Positions 20,863-31,934 of a DNA stretch of 64,000 bases are shown here, piece by piece. Source of the stretch: Sulfitobacter sp. (GTDB lineage: Bacteria > Pseudomonadota > Alphaproteobacteria > Rhodobacterales > Rhodobacteraceae); contig JAGXHE010000088.1 in assembly GCA_024636445.1 (NCBI GenBank), positions 790 to 64,789 on the forward strand, given 5' to 3'. Position numbers and translations under genes: made by a program. The number at the start of each line of letters is the position of its first letter. Position 1 is the stretch's first letter. The notes beneath the pieces are model-generated. The model was not told the DNA's origin, did no database searches, and saw only the letters and a list, made by a program, of their open reading frames with translations.

Positions 20863-22038
20863 ATGGCCATCGTCAATCGCATCGCGGATTTTGCACCGCA
20901 AATGGCCGAATGGAGACAGCATCTGCACACCATTCCCGAACTGGGCCGGGCCTGCCATAAGACCGCAGCCTTTGTTGCAGAGCGTCTGCGCGAGTTTGGC
21001 GTCGACGAGATCCACGAAGGCTATGCCGAGACGGGGATCGTGGCGATCATCAACGGACAGGGCGCGGGGCCAACAATCGGGCTGCGCGCCGACATGGACG
21101 GGCTGCCGATCACCGAAGCCACGGGGCTGCCCTATGCCAGCACGCACGCGGGGCGGATGCATGCCTGCGGCCATGACGGGCATACCACCATGCTGCTGGG
21201 GGCTGCGAAATACCTGTGCGAGACGCGCAATTTCGCGGGCCGCGTGGCGCTGATTTTCCAGCCTGACGAAGAGGCCACCGGCGGCGCCAAGGCGATGGTG
21301 CAGGAGGGGATCATGGACACTTTCGACATCGCGCAGGTCTACGGTATCCACAACGTACCCGGCTTTGACGAGGGCACGTTTCATGCCCGTTCCGGCCCGT
21401 TGCTCGCGGCAGCGGATACGTTCCACATTCACCTCACGGGACGCGGTGGGCATGGGGCGCAGCCGCAGGATGCGGTGGATCCGGTGATCTGTGCCGCGTC
21501 GATCACGCAGGCGCTGCAGACCATCGTCAGCCGGAATATCGAGGCGGGGCAACAGCTTGTGATCTCGGTCACGCAGATTCACACCGGCACCATCGACAAC
21601 GTCATCCCCGAAACCGCCTATCTGAACGGCACGGTTCGTACATTTACGCCCGAAATACGTACGCTTGCGGAACGGCGTATGAAAGAGATCGTCGCGGGGC
21701 AGGCGGCAAGCTTCGGACTGACGGCTACGGTGGATTTCGTGCTGGGCTATCCGCCCACCGTCAACCATGCCCGAAACGTCGAAATCGCCGCTCGGGCGGC
21801 GCGCGATGTGTCGGGGGATGCTGCCGTCGACACCGACAGCCCTGCCAACATGGGGGCCGAAGACTTTGCCTATATGCTTGAGGCCCGCCCCGGTGCCTAT
21901 TTCTTCATGGGCATCGGCGAGGGCGCGGGCCTGCACCATCCCGAATACAACTTCAACGACGCGGCAGCCCCGGTCGGTGCCTCGTTCTTTGCACGGCTTG
22001 TCGAGACAGCGCAGCCGGTCAGTGGAGGCTCTGCCTGA
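20863..22038 (+). CDS. M20 family amidohydrolase (hippurate hydrolase / N-acyl-amino-acid amidohydrolase type)
   Basis: The ATG is preceded by AAGGAG. Contains the HACGHDGH metal motif and MAIVNRIADFAPQMAEWRQHLHTIPELG. Confidence 0.9.
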   Translation: MAIVNRIADFAPQMAEWRQHLHTIPELGRACHKTAAFVAERLREFGVDEIHEGYAETGIVAIINGQGAGPTIGLRADMDGLPITEATGLPYASTHAGRMHACGHDGHTTMLLGAAKYLCETRNFAGRVALIFQPDEEATGGAKAMVQEGIMDTFDIAQVYGIHNVPGFDEGTFHARSGPLLAAADTFHIHLTGRGGHGAQPQDAVDPVICAASITQALQTIVSRNIEAGQQLVISVTQIHTGTIDNVIPETAYLNGTVRTFTPEIRTLAERRMKEIVAGQAASFGLTATVDFVLGYPPTVNHARNVEIAARAARDVSGDAAVDTDSPANMGAEDFAYMLEARPGAYFFMGIGEGAGLHHPEYNFNDAAAPVGASFFARLVETAQPVSGGSA

Positions 22039-22985
22039 TGACGGATAAAAACCAACCCGTCAGCGGCAACGACCTTGCGCGGTTTTCCGGCCCGAACACC
22101 TTTATGCGTTTGCCGTCGGTCAATGACCTCAAGGGGCTGGACGTCTGCGTGCTGGGTGTGCCGATGGACATAGGCACCTCTTGGCGGTCGGGCACGCGGT
22201 TCGGGCCCAAGCAGGTGCGGTCCGAAAGCGCGATGATCCGGCCCTATAACATCCAGACGGGTGCGGCGCCTTTTGACAGCCTGCAGGTGGCGGATATCGG
22301 TGATCTGGCGATCAACACGTTTTCCCTGGAGGACAGTTTGCGCATCATTGCAGAGAGTTACGACGCAATCTTGAAGTATGACGTTATGCCGATGGCCATT
22401 GGTGGCGATCACTCGATCACGCTGCCGATCCTGCGCGCCATCGCCAAACGCCACGGTCCCGTGGCGCTGGTTCACGTCGATGCCCATGCGGATGTGAACG
22501 ACGAGATGTTCGGCATGCGCGAGACCCACGGCACGGTGTTTCGCCGAGCTTATGAAGAGGGGCTGATCATTCCGCAGAAGGTCTATCAGGTCGGCCTGCG
22601 CGGCACCGGTTATGCGGCCACCGATTTTACCGAGGCGCAGGGCTGGGGCTTTCAGCAATGGCAGGCGTCCGAACTGTGGCACCGTCCGCTGGACACGCTG
22701 AGCACTGAAATCCGCCGCGACATCGGTGACGCGCCGGTTTATGTGACCTATGATATCGACAGCCTTGATCCGGCCTATGCGCCCGGCACCGGCACGCCGG
22801 AAATTGGTGGGCTGACCACGCCGCAGGCGTTGCAACTGATCCGTGGATTGCGCGGGTTGAACATCGTGGGGTGCGATCTGGTCGAGGTCAGCCCGCCTTA
22901 TGATACGTCAGGCAATACAGCGCTGACGGCGGCGAATATCCTGTTTGAACTGTTGTGCGTTCTGCCAGGTGTTGCCTATCGTTGA
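22038..22985 (+). CDS. Ureohydrolase, agmatinase/guanidino-acid hydrolase family
   Basis: Mn-binding motifs GGDHSIT, DAHADV and SLDPAYAPGTGTPEIGGL. The start overlaps the M20 stop (TGATG). Confidence 0.9.
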   Translation: MTDKNQPVSGNDLARFSGPNTFMRLPSVNDLKGLDVCVLGVPMDIGTSWRSGTRFGPKQVRSESAMIRPYNIQTGAAPFDSLQVADIGDLAINTFSLEDSLRIIAESYDAILKYDVMPMAIGGDHSITLPILRAIAKRHGPVALVHVDAHADVNDEMFGMRETHGTVFRRAYEEGLIIPQKVYQVGLRGTGYAATDFTEAQGWGFQQWQASELWHRPLDTLSTEIRRDIGDAPVYVTYDIDSLDPAYAPGTGTPEIGGLTTPQALQLIRGLRGLNIVGCDLVEVSPPYDTSGNTALTAANILFELLCVLPGVAYR

Positions 22986-22994
22986 GGGGGCAGG

Positions 22995-23450
22995 ATGCTC
23001 CGGGAGGGGGATAATTTGAACCTGAGAAAAGGATGGATTGGCGTGTTGTTTTGGATTTTGGCATTGGTCGTGGTCTCGGTAGTGGCGGCTGCGGCCTATG
23101 TGCGGCTGGCTCCTTCGGACCCTGCGAAATGGAATCAGCCGGTGACGGCGTCGCAAGACAAGGATTTCGGCAATGGTGCGGTGCGGGTGTTGCCTGCCTC
23201 GGATGGGCTGCTGGAACGGCTGGATGCGGCCATGATGGATTTGCCCCGCACCGAAGTGCTGGCAGGGTCGGTGGCCGATGGGCGGATCACTTACGTGACG
23301 CGCACCGCCAATGTGGGGTTTCCCGATTACACCACGATCGAACAGACAGACGGTCAGGTGCGCATGTTGGCGCGGTCACGCTTCGGGTCATCAGATATGG
23401 GGGTAAATGCCAAAAGATTGAAGGGGTTGTTGGCCACTCTTCAACCATGA
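22995..23450 (+). CDS. DUF1499 domain membrane-anchored protein
   Basis: 151 aa with an N-terminal TM segment. The C-terminal part (FPDYTTIEQ...RSRFGSSDMGVNAKRL) is typical of DUF1499. Confidence 0.7.
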   Translation: MLREGDNLNLRKGWIGVLFWILALVVVSVVAAAAYVRLAPSDPAKWNQPVTASQDKDFGNGAVRVLPASDGLLERLDAAMMDLPRTEVLAGSVADGRITYVTRTANVGFPDYTTIEQTDGQVRMLARSRFGSSDMGVNAKRLKGLLATLQP

Positions 23451-23678
23451 GCTGACGCAGCCTGTTTGCACTTCGCGCCACATCGGCACGTTCAGTGACA
23501 TCTGGCACTGGGCCATGAACATGCGGCCATCGACCTGCAGGCAGATGGTATCGCCCAACTCGATGCGCGCGCCGGATTTGTCGGTGCAAAAGCAGTCAAT
23601 CGTCTTGCCCCCCGGCGCCTTGACGTCGGCGAGGACAGGTGTGGCGATGGCCAAAGCAAGAGCAATGATGCGTAACAT
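23391..23678 (-). CDS. Small secreted cysteine-containing protein (hypothetical)
   Basis: Track ORF trimmed to MLRIIALALAIATPVLA (signal peptide). The mature part is ~75 aa with 5 Cys. Its 3' end overlaps the convergent DUF1499 gene by 60 nt. Confidence 0.5.
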   Translation of the reverse strand: MLRIIALALAIATPVLADVKAPGGKTIDCFCTDKSGARIELGDTICLQVDGRMFMAQCQMSLNVPMWREVQTGCVSSWLKSGQQPLQSFGIYPHI

Positions 23679-23740
23679 GGTGGGTGTATACCACAGCCCT
23701 TTGACTTGACCAAAGCCCTTCAATATCAGATGGAACGCGA

Positions 23741-24790
23741 ATGATCCCGTCAGAGCGCCTTCAACAAATCACCGAGAGGTTTGAATACCTCGAAGCCGCG
23801 ATGTCTGCGGGCGGTGGGGATATTGCCGCCCTTGGCAAGGAATATTCCGATCTGCGCCCCGTGGTTGAACAGATCGCGCTCTATCGCAAGTTGCAACGTG
23901 ACATGGCCGATGCGCGCGACATGCTGGCCGACCCTGAAATGGCCGATCTGGCGCGCGAGGAACTGCCGCGCCTCAAGGCGGCATTGCCCGCCGCCGAGGC
24001 TGCGTTGCAACTGGCGCTGTTGCCGCGCGATGCCGCCGATGCCAAGCCTGCGATGCTGGAAATCCGCCCCGGAACGGGCGGCGACGAGGCGGCGCTGTTC
24101 GCGGGTGATCTGCTGCGCATGTACATGCGCTATGCCGAAGCACGCGGCTGGGGTTTCGAGATCATCGAAGAACAGGCGACCGAGTTGGGCGGGATCAAGG
24201 AAGTCGTGGCCCACATCAAGGGCGACAACGTCTTTGCGCGGATGAAATACGAAAGCGGCGTGCACCGCGTGCAACGGGTGCCGACGACCGAAAGCGGCGG
24301 GCGCATCCACACATCGGCAGCGACGGTCGCGGTGCTGCCCGAGGCCGAGGAGGTCGATATTCACATCGACGCCAATGACATCCGCATCGACACCATGCGC
24401 TCGTCCGGGGCAGGTGGCCAGCACGTCAACACCACCGATTCCGCCGTGCGGATCACCCATATTCCCACGGGCATTGTCGTGACCAGTTCAGAGAAATCCC
24501 AGCACCGCAACCGCGACAGGGCCATGCAGGTCTTGCGCGCGCGGCTTTACGATATGGAGCGCAACCGCATCGACAGTGCGCGCAGTGCCGACCGTGCATC
24601 GCAAGTGGGGGGCGGTGACCGCTCGGAGCGTATCCGCACCTATAATTTCCCCCAAGGGCGCATGACCGATCACCGGATCAACCTGACGCTTTATAAACTG
24701 GACGCGGTGATGCAGGGCGACATCGACGAGGTGATCGACGCGCTGCGGGCCGACGATCAAGCGCGGATGCTGGCCGAGATGGGGCAATGA
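23741..24790 (+). CDS. prfA: Peptide chain release factor 1
   Basis: 349 aa with the GGQ motif (SGAGGQHVN) and the PxT-type decoding region of RF1. Confidence 0.98.
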   Translation: MIPSERLQQITERFEYLEAAMSAGGGDIAALGKEYSDLRPVVEQIALYRKLQRDMADARDMLADPEMADLAREELPRLKAALPAAEAALQLALLPRDAADAKPAMLEIRPGTGGDEAALFAGDLLRMYMRYAEARGWGFEIIEEQATELGGIKEVVAHIKGDNVFARMKYESGVHRVQRVPTTESGGRIHTSAATVAVLPEAEEVDIHIDANDIRIDTMRSSGAGGQHVNTTDSAVRITHIPTGIVVTSSEKSQHRNRDRAMQVLRARLYDMERNRIDSARSADRASQVGGGDRSERIRTYNFPQGRMTDHRINLTLYKLDAVMQGDIDEVIDALRADDQARMLAEMGQ

Positions 24791-25629
24791 CCGCGGCACA
24801 GGCAATGGCGGCAGCGACGGCACGGCTGCGTGCGGCGGGTGTGCCCGACCCTGCGCGCGATGCGCGGTTGTTGCTGGCCCATGCCGCACAGGTGGATGCC
24901 GCGCGCGTGACCCTGATTGCACCCGAAGACATCGCCCCCGAGATCGCCGAACGCTATGACGCGCTGATCAGCCTGCGCGCAGTGCGCGTGCCCGTCAGCC
25001 ATCTGATCGGAGAGCGCGCCTTCTATGGTCGGCGGTTCAAGGTCAGCAGCGACGTGCTGGACCCGCGCCCCGAGACCGAAACCCTGATCGAGGCGGCGCT
25101 GGCCGAGCCATTTGCCAGCGTGCTGGACATCGGCACCGGATCGGGCTGCATCCTTGTGACATTGCTGGCCGAGCGGGTGTCGGCGGTGGGCACCGGCACC
25201 GATCTGAGCGAGGCAGCCTGCCTGCAAGCCAGCGCCAACGCGGTGCTGCACGACGTGGCACCACGCGCCGAAGTGATCCAGTCGGACTGGTTTGGCAGCG
25301 TGCGGGGCCGCTATGATCTGATCGTGTCGAACCCGCCCTATCTGGCCGCCGAGGAAATGGAAGACGTAGCCCCCGAGTTGCGCGACCACGAGCCGCGCAT
25401 GGCACTGACCGACGAGGCCGACGGGCTGACGGCTTACCGGGTTCTTGCGGCGATGGGGCCTGCGCATCTGGCGGCGGGCGGTCGGCTGATCTGCGAAATC
25501 GGCTGGCGCCAAGCGGCGGATGTGGTCGAATTATTTCATCTCGCGGGGTGGAGCCAGGTGATCTGCCTGCATGATATGGATGGCAGGGACCGGGTGATTT
25601 GCGCCAGCACCCCGCCGGTGACGGCATAA
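24787..25629 (+). CDS. prmC: Release factor glutamine N5-methyltransferase
   Basis: 280 aa with a SAM motif (DIGTGSG) and NPPY. The start overlaps the prfA stop (ATGA). Confidence 0.93.
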   Translation: MTAAQAMAAATARLRAAGVPDPARDARLLLAHAAQVDAARVTLIAPEDIAPEIAERYDALISLRAVRVPVSHLIGERAFYGRRFKVSSDVLDPRPETETLIEAALAEPFASVLDIGTGSGCILVTLLAERVSAVGTGTDLSEAACLQASANAVLHDVAPRAEVIQSDWFGSVRGRYDLIVSNPPYLAAEEMEDVAPELRDHEPRMALTDEADGLTAYRVLAAMGPAHLAAGGRLICEIGWRQAADVVELFHLAGWSQVICLHDMDGRDRVICASTPPVTA

Positions 25630-25842
25630 ACCCGCACAAACTGTGGAAAAGTGACGCAGCAGCGCAATTAATGCTTGTCCCACGCGGCCCCGCATGTTTA
25701 TTCAAAGGTGTTGCAGCGGTGGATACCTCTTGGTGGTCCCGCTCGGCGTCAAGCCCAACACATCGCATTCTTCGGACGTTGATAGCGCATATCGCGCAAT
25801 CCGAAAATCGCAGCGATAGGCATAACAAGGCTAAGCTATTTC

Positions 25843-26595
25843 ATGAAATCTTCGAGATCCCGGTCCCGGTCCAAGACCACGCGCAACCGCAGCCCGAACA
25901 ATGGCGGGGGTGGCGGCAACGTCGTCAACCGTGTGTTCGACAGCTCTGGCCCCGAGGGCAAGGTGCGTGGCACACCGCAACAGATTATCGACAAATACAA
26001 CCAGCTTGCGCGCGATGCGCAGCTGTCGGGTGATCGCGTTGCGTTGGAAAACTTTCAACAACACGCGGAGCACTACCTGCGTCTGCTGAGCGAAGCGCAA
26101 CGCGAGATCGATGCCAAGCGCGATGAGCAAGAGCGTCAGAACCGCGAACGTCAGGCCGAACGTGACCGTCAGGCAGAGCGCGACCGCGAGCGGAACGAAC
26201 GCCAGGAGCGTGAGCAGGGCGGGTCGCAGAACAACAATCACTCTGGCGGACACCACAACTCCGGTGGCAATGGCGGGCACGACCAAGGGTCACAGCCGCA
26301 CGCGCAACCCCAGTCTCAACCGCAGCCGCAGCCGCAATCGCAGCCACATTCGCAATCGGATGTCATCGAAAACGAAAGTGACAGCGGTTTGGTGGACACA
26401 CCGGAAAGCGCGCCCAAACCCAAGCCGACGCGGGCCCGGCGCAAGCCAAAACCGCCTGCGGACAAGAATGTCGAAAAACCTGCGAAAAAAGGACGGGACT
26501 CAAATGCCTCTTCCGAAAACGCCCCCTCCGAAAATGCGTCCTCCGAAGCGGATGGCGGTCAGAGCGGTGGCGGCACGCCGGAAGCTGCCGAATAA
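25843..26595 (+). CDS. DUF4167 domain protein
   Basis: The N-terminal part (FDSSGPEGKVRGTPQQIIDKYNQLARDA...AENFQQHAEHY) is the DUF4167 signature. It is followed by a charged ERQ-rich region and a QP/QS repeat tail. Confidence 0.8.
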   Translation: MKSSRSRSRSKTTRNRSPNNGGGGGNVVNRVFDSSGPEGKVRGTPQQIIDKYNQLARDAQLSGDRVALENFQQHAEHYLRLLSEAQREIDAKRDEQERQNRERQAERDRQAERDRERNERQEREQGGSQNNNHSGGHHNSGGNGGHDQGSQPHAQPQSQPQPQPQSQPHSQSDVIENESDSGLVDTPESAPKPKPTRARRKPKPPADKNVEKPAKKGRDSNASSENAPSENASSEADGGQSGGGTPEAAE

Positions 26596-26631
26596 CGGCA
26601 CTGGCTGTTTCGCCGGACTGTTGGAATGAAC

Positions 26632-26660
26632 AAAGGCCTCGCATTTTGCGGGGCCTTTTT
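26632..26660 (+). terminator. Rho-independent terminator after the DUF4167 gene
   Basis: AAAGGCCTCGC-atttt-GCGGGGCCTTTTT, with one G-U pair. Confidence 0.7.
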
Positions 26661-26690
26661 CGTTGGGGAACGCGGTCTATCAGAAAACGT

Positions 26691-27533
26691 CTAAGGTGCC
26701 GCGACCGCGCGGGCCAATGCGCAGAACGCCTCGAGCGAGATCTGTTCAGCGCGCTCTGTCGGCTTGATACCGGCGGCGTGCAGGCGGTCTTCGATGTCGG
26801 GCGCGACACCCTTGAGCGCAGAGCGCAGCATCTTGCGGCGTTGGTTGAAGGCGGCGGCGACCACGCGGTTCAGCACGGCGGCATCGGCAGGATAGCGCGG
26901 CTCGGCCAATGCGGTCAGATGCACCACGGCTGAGGAGACCTTGGGCGGCGGGGTGAACGCCTCGGGTGGCAGGTTCAGCACGATCTGCGCATCGGCGCGC
27001 CACTGTGCCAGCAGGGCAAGACGACCATAGGCCTTGGACCCAGGTGCCGCCACGATGCGCTGTGCGACCTCGCGCTGGAACATCAGCGTCAGCGATTGCC
27101 AGTAGGGTGGCCAGTCCTTTGGCGTCAGCCAGCGCACCAGCAGTTCGGTGCCGACGTTATAGGGCAGGTTGGCCGCCACGCGGATGGGCGGCGTCAGATA
27201 GGCCAGCGGGTCGATTTCGAGCGCGTCGCCTTCGATCACCTGCAGGCGGCCCGGATAGGCCTCGGCGATCTCTGCGAGTGCCGGCATGCATCGCGCGTCC
27301 TTTTCAATGGCCAGCACACGGCGCGCGCCTTCGGACAGCAATCCACGGGTCAGGCCCCCCGGACCGGGGCCGATTTCCAGCACGTCACAGCCGGTCAGAT
27401 CGCCTGCCTGTCGCGCGATCCGTGCGGTCAGGTTCAGGTCGAGCAGAAAGTTCTGGCCCAGCGATTTGCGCGCGCGCAATTCATGGGTTTCGATCACGTC
27501 ACGCAGGGGCGGAAGGCTGTCGATGGCGCTCAT
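26691..27533 (-). CDS. rsmA: 16S rRNA (adenine1518/1519-N6)-dimethyltransferase
   Basis: 280 aa. KSLGQNFL and [10 protein letters not shown] motifs are present. Confidence 0.95.
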   Translation of the reverse strand: MSAIDSLPPLRDVIETHELRARKSLGQNFLLDLNLTARIARQAGDLTGCDVLEIGPGPGGLTRGLLSEGARRVLAIEKDARCMPALAEIAEAYPGRLQVIEGDALEIDPLAYLTPPIRVAANLPYNVGTELLVRWLTPKDWPPYWQSLTLMFQREVAQRIVAAPGSKAYGRLALLAQWRADAQIVLNLPPEAFTPPPKVSSAVVHLTALAEPRYPADAAVLNRVVAAAFNQRRKMLRSALKGVAPDIEDRLHAAGIKPTERAEQISLEAFCALARAVAAP

Positions 27534-28516
27534 GTGTGGTAGGTTCCCTGTGACATCCGGTGCGCCATGCGAATGGCTTCGATCATCGACGACGGATTGG
27601 CGACGCCGCTGCCCGCGATGTCAAAGGCGGTGCCGTGATCGGGCGATGTGCGGCTGAACGGCAAGCCAAGTGTGACGTTCACGCCGCGGTCGAAATCCAG
27701 CGTCTTGATCGGGATCAGCGCCTGATCGTGATACATGCAGACCGCGCAGTCATAGGACATGCGGGCGCTCGCGTGGAACATGGTATCGGCGGGCAGGGGC
27801 CCGCGCAGGTCATAGCCTTCTGCGATCATTTCGGTGACCAGCGTCGCGATCCAGTCGCGTTCCTCTCGGCCCATGGCACCGCCTTCGCCTGCGTGGGGGT
27901 TCAGGCCCGCCACGGCAATGCGCGGCTGCGTGATGCCAAACTGGCGGCGCAGCCCGTCGGCAGTGATGCGGATGGTCTCGCGCAGCAGGGCGGGTGTCAG
28001 CGCCTGCGGGACGTCACTCAGCGCGATGTGGATGGTGGTCGGCACCACCCGTAACTGTTCCGAGGCCAGCATCATCACCGCACGCTCGGCACCGGCCAGC
28101 GCTTGCAGGTATTCGGTGTGGCCGGGATAGGCAAAGCCCGCACCGTCCTGCAGTGCCTTTTTGTGAATGGGTGCGGTGCACAGCGCCGAAGCTTGCCCCG
28201 ATTGCACCAGATTGACACCACGCGCGATCACGTCGATGACGGCTTGGGCGTTGGCGGCATTGGCGATGCCCGCGGTGTTGGGCGCGGCAAAGCTGTGGGC
28301 CAGAACCGGCAGACCGCGCGGCAGGGCCTCGGCGGCCTGCGCCGGGTTGTCAATCACCACGAAGGGGACATCGGCGGGCAGGTGGGCAGGCTCTCCTATC
28401 CAGAACAGCGGAACGTCGCCGCGCAGCGCGGCCCAGGCCTTGGCCGCGATCTCGGGTCCGATCCCCGCAGGTTCACCGCAGCTGATCGCAACAGGCAGCG
28501 CGGCGGGCGTGGTCAT
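27530..28516 (-). CDS. pdxA: 4-hydroxythreonine-4-phosphate dehydrogenase
   Basis: 328 aa. [15 protein letters not shown] and HGTAFDIAG motifs are present. It overlaps rsmA by 4 nt. Confidence 0.95.
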   Translation of the reverse strand: MTTPAALPVAISCGEPAGIGPEIAAKAWAALRGDVPLFWIGEPAHLPADVPFVVIDNPAQAAEALPRGLPVLAHSFAAPNTAGIANAANAQAVIDVIARGVNLVQSGQASALCTAPIHKKALQDGAGFAYPGHTEYLQALAGAERAVMMLASEQLRVVPTTIHIALSDVPQALTPALLRETIRITADGLRRQFGITQPRIAVAGLNPHAGEGGAMGREERDWIATLVTEMIAEGYDLRGPLPADTMFHASARMSYDCAVCMYHDQALIPIKTLDFDRGVNVTLGLPFSRTSPDHGTAFDIAGSGVANPSSMIEAIRMAHRMSQGTYHT

Positions 28517-29718
28517 TCGAGGGTGATGCGGGCATTGGCGCGCAGATCTTCCAGCAGCAGGTCTGAATAGCCGGTCAGGATCTGTTGGCGCAGTTGCATT
28601 GCGACCTCTTCGCGGTCCACTTCTTCATTCATCGCAGAGGTCCGGCCACAGAGCATCAGAAACATCAGTGTTTCGCCGTTGGCGCGGGTCAGCGTGGTGG
28701 ACACCTCGCCGGGATCAAGCTTTGCCAGCTCGAAACCGATGTCCTGAGGCAGTTGCGCGGGGGCCACGCTGGTGCGTTCAAGTACCGTTTCGGGCTGGCC
28801 CTGGGCCACTCCGTAGAGGTCATCGCAGACGTCCACTTGCGATTTCAGCTGTGCCGCGCGCGCCAATGTATCGGCACTGCGGCCACCGGCCATGTAATAG
28901 GCGGCATATTCGACGGCAGCGTATTCGGGGCTGGCTGTACCGGTTTCCTCAATGTCGCGCAGCTGAAACAGGGCCACGGCATTGGGGATCGGCAGCGGAT
29001 CGGTGACTTCGCCCGGTGTCAGGCCAAGCAGCACGCCACGCAGGCTTTCGGGAAGGGTGTTCAGATCGACCCAGTTCAGCCGTCCGCCATTCTCGCGCGA
29101 TGCGGTGGCAGAATACTGGCGGGCATAGTTGGAAAATTCGGCCTCCGATGTGCTGCTTGCCGCTTGTTCGGCGCGTGCCATGGCGGATGCCTGTTCGTTC
29201 GGCGGGGCGGGAATGATGATTTCAGAGATCAACACGCGGATGCCGCCTGTATTGCCCGTCGTGGACAAGGCACGTTCGATGTCCGCTTCGGTGACCTGCA
29301 CGCGGTTGCCATAGCGGGCACGGACCAGCTCGCGCCATGACAGATTGACACGCACGAAATCGCGGAAGGTCTCGACAGCAACACCGGACCCTTCGAGCGC
29401 CTGGACGAACTCTTCGGTGCTCAGGCTGGCGCGGTTTGCGAATTCGGCCAGACCATCGGCCAGCCCATCGGGTGTCAGCGCCAGACCGGCACTCGTGGTC
29501 GCTGCCAGCCGCAGACGGTCGTCGATCAGCGCGTCAATGGCGCTTTGACGGGTGGCACCGGCGGCGTTCAGCACCTGCAGGAACCGCACACGCTGCTGCA
29601 CTTCGAATTCGGTGATCACGCTTCCGTCCACCGTGGCCACCGGTGCAAACAGGTTTTGCGCCGCGACAGGCAGCGCTGCCGTCAGAGTTACCGCGAGGGC
29701 CAGTCCAAATCGTTTCAT
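28513..29718 (-). CDS. surA: Periplasmic chaperone / peptidyl-prolyl isomerase SurA-like
   Basis: Trimmed to MKRFGLALAVTLTAALPVAAQ (signal peptide). The SurA N-domain pattern is present, and the gene sits between lptD and pdxA as in many proteobacteria. Confidence 0.8.
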   Translation of the reverse strand: MKRFGLALAVTLTAALPVAAQNLFAPVATVDGSVITEFEVQQRVRFLQVLNAAGATRQSAIDALIDDRLRLAATTSAGLALTPDGLADGLAEFANRASLSTEEFVQALEGSGVAVETFRDFVRVNLSWRELVRARYGNRVQVTEADIERALSTTGNTGGIRVLISEIIIPAPPNEQASAMARAEQAASSTSEAEFSNYARQYSATASRENGGRLNWVDLNTLPESLRGVLLGLTPGEVTDPLPIPNAVALFQLRDIEETGTASPEYAAVEYAAYYMAGGRSADTLARAAQLKSQVDVCDDLYGVAQGQPETVLERTSVAPAQLPQDIGFELAKLDPGEVSTTLTRANGETLMFLMLCGRTSAMNEEVDREEVAMQLRQQILTGYSDLLLEDLRANARITLE

Positions 29719-29729
29719 CGTTTTCCCGC

Positions 29730-31934
29730 TCATTTCGCCTGCTTTCCGCATGATCTAACGTATTTTTCCGTTCCTTGCGACACAGAGAAGCCCCGCAAGG
29801 CCACTGTAAAGCCCAGATTGGTCGAGGGCTCAATACTTGTCGAGGAACTATACCGCCTGCTGACGGAGAATCTCGCTGACACACATTCATTGTTATAAGT
29901 CAGGCCCGCACCCGCATAGGCGGACCGGTTGTCGACCAGATCATAGCGCCAATTTGCGGCGGCAGTCCAATTCTGGTTCAGGTCGTAGCTGCTGGCCAGC
30001 GTCAGTTCGGACACGGCCAGAGTGCGGTCCTCGTCGGCGTCTGCGCCCAGCCAGACATAGCTGCCGCCCACCGTCGTGCGCTGGCCGATCCAGTCGCCGC
30101 GCAGTTCGGCCTTGGCCACGTCAAAGCCGTCGTTGAACACCGTCCGCCCGGTCAGCGCCAGCCCGTTGCGGTTTTTCAGCTGACCGGCAAACAGGATGTC
30201 CGAGGTGGTGCCCGACAGGCCCGAGGTTTTGGAATAATCCAAAGCGCCCTGGCGGCGCACGACCTGTCCGAGGGTCAGGCGGGCCTCCCATCCGGCGGGG
30301 TCAAAGCGCGACCAGTTCACGCCATAGGCCGCAACTGCACCGCGTTCACGGCGGTCGGGGCGTGGAAAGCGCGAGAGCGTCAGCAGGTTGCCTTCGTCGA
30401 ACTCGACCCGCGTGCTTTCGTCATTGGGCACATCCAGATCGCTGCCGCCGATAAAGCCTATCTGCAAAAGCGGTTCCAGAAGCTGGCTTGATCCGTTGGC
30501 ACCGTGGCGCACCAGCGGATAGCGCAGGGTCAGTTGCGCCTGCGGTGTCAGCCCTGCGTCGCTGTCGGGAAAGAAGGCGTCCTGGGCCACGGTGAAGGCA
30601 TCCGCCTCGACACCCAGCGAGGCTTCGGCGCGCACGCCTCCCGTCAGGGTCCAGCTGCGCAGCCATTCCGCTTGCAGATTGATCCGCTGCACATCGCGTC
30701 CGTCCACGATGCCATCCAGGTTGGCATCGGTGTCGATGTCCGAGTTGCGGTAGTGGGCGTGGGCATTGCCGGTAAAGCGCAGCTCACCGCCCAGGGCACG
30801 TGGAAAGTGTCGTCGCTCGAAGGTTGCGTTCAGCACGTTGGTCGGAATGGTGTCGTTGTCTTCGCTGTCGCGCAGGCTGCGAAAGTTGGTGTAGCGAAAG
30901 CTGATGTATTCATCGCGCCTGACCCGCGCGAGCTCGACGGCGCTTTCCAGACGGTCTTTGCCGGAATAGCCGTAGTCGGTCAGATAGGCGGTGTCTGTCG
31001 TGGTTTCGATGTCGAAGGTCAGCACAAAGTCGCGTCGCAGATCGAAACGCCCTTCGCCGAACAGATAGCCGCGGGTGTCGCCCGGCTGCAGGTCATCGTC
31101 CGACAGCGCCCCCAGAAACGAAATGCGCCCGTTGCGGAACGCCTGCCGATAGCGAAATTCCAGCGTTTGGGTGCGTCCGGTCAGATAGGGCGTCAGGGTC
31201 AGATCCCGGTGATCGCCCAGCTTGATGAAATAGGGCACCTTCAGCCCGGTCCCCAACTGCGTATCGCTGGACAGCGACGGGATCAAAAAACCCGAAGCGC
31301 GTTCCAGCGTCGGATCGGGCAAGCGCAGGCGCGGCAGGTAGAACACCGGCACATTGCCGATGCGAAACTGCGCGTCGTCGAAGTATAGCTGCTGGGCCTG
31401 CCTGTCGTGCACCACGCGGCGCGCACGGATCTGCCACAGGGGCGGGCGCCCATCATCGCAGACCTGGCAAGAGGTCACGGCGGTCTTGTAAAGCTGCGTA
31501 TAGCGCCCGCCGACACGGTTGATCTCGACCGCGGCCAGTTGCAGCTGCTGGTTCAGCACCATGCGCGCGCCGACCAGCAGGCCATTTTGCAGATCGCGGC
31601 TGAGCTCGGCCTGATCTGCGACGATCACCACGTCTTCGCCGTCTTCGATGGTGATGGGGCCGGTGATGTCCAGCACGCCGGTCTTTTCGTCATAGCTGAT
31701 CGCCGCGGCGCGCAGGCGGGTGGTGCCCTGATAGGCCTCGACATTGCCGCGCGCCGTCAGCACCCGGTCGCGGGTCACGATCACGTCGTCGGCCACCAAC
31801 AACGCGGGCTCCTGGGCTTGGGGCGCCACCTGCTGCTCTGCCGTGCGGGTCTGGGCCACGAGCGGTGTCGCCAGCAGGGCCGCAGCCAACAGTATATGAG
31901 AGAATGCGCGCGCCACCTCAGCCGTCCTCGGCAT
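29730..31934 (-). CDS. lptD: LPS-assembly outer membrane protein LptD
   Basis: Large beta-rich ORF trimmed to Met69 (31934; an alternative GTG is at 31916), giving the signal peptide AFSHILLAAALLATPLVAQ. It is OstA/LptD-like and has conserved synteny. Confidence 0.88.
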   Translation of the reverse strand: MPRTAEVARAFSHILLAAALLATPLVAQTRTAEQQVAPQAQEPALLVADDVIVTRDRVLTARGNVEAYQGTTRLRAAAISYDEKTGVLDITGPITIEDGEDVVIVADQAELSRDLQNGLLVGARMVLNQQLQLAAVEINRVGGRYTQLYKTAVTSCQVCDDGRPPLWQIRARRVVHDRQAQQLYFDDAQFRIGNVPVFYLPRLRLPDPTLERASGFLIPSLSSDTQLGTGLKVPYFIKLGDHRDLTLTPYLTGRTQTLEFRYRQAFRNGRISFLGALSDDDLQPGDTRGYLFGEGRFDLRRDFVLTFDIETTTDTAYLTDYGYSGKDRLESAVELARVRRDEYISFRYTNFRSLRDSEDNDTIPTNVLNATFERRHFPRALGGELRFTGNAHAHYRNSDIDTDANLDGIVDGRDVQRINLQAEWLRSWTLTGGVRAEASLGVEADAFTVAQDAFFPDSDAGLTPQAQLTLRYPLVRHGANGSSQLLEPLLQIGFIGGSDLDVPNDESTRVEFDEGNLLTLSRFPRPDRRERGAVAAYGVNWSRFDPAGWEARLTLGQVVRRQGALDYSKTSGLSGTTSDILFAGQLKNRNGLALTGRTVFNDGFDVAKAELRGDWIGQRTTVGGSYVWLGADADEDRTLAVSELTLASSYDLNQNWTAAANWRYDLVDNRSAYAGAGLTYNNECVSARFSVSRRYSSSTSIEPSTNLGFTVALRGFSVSQGTEKYVRSCGKQAK

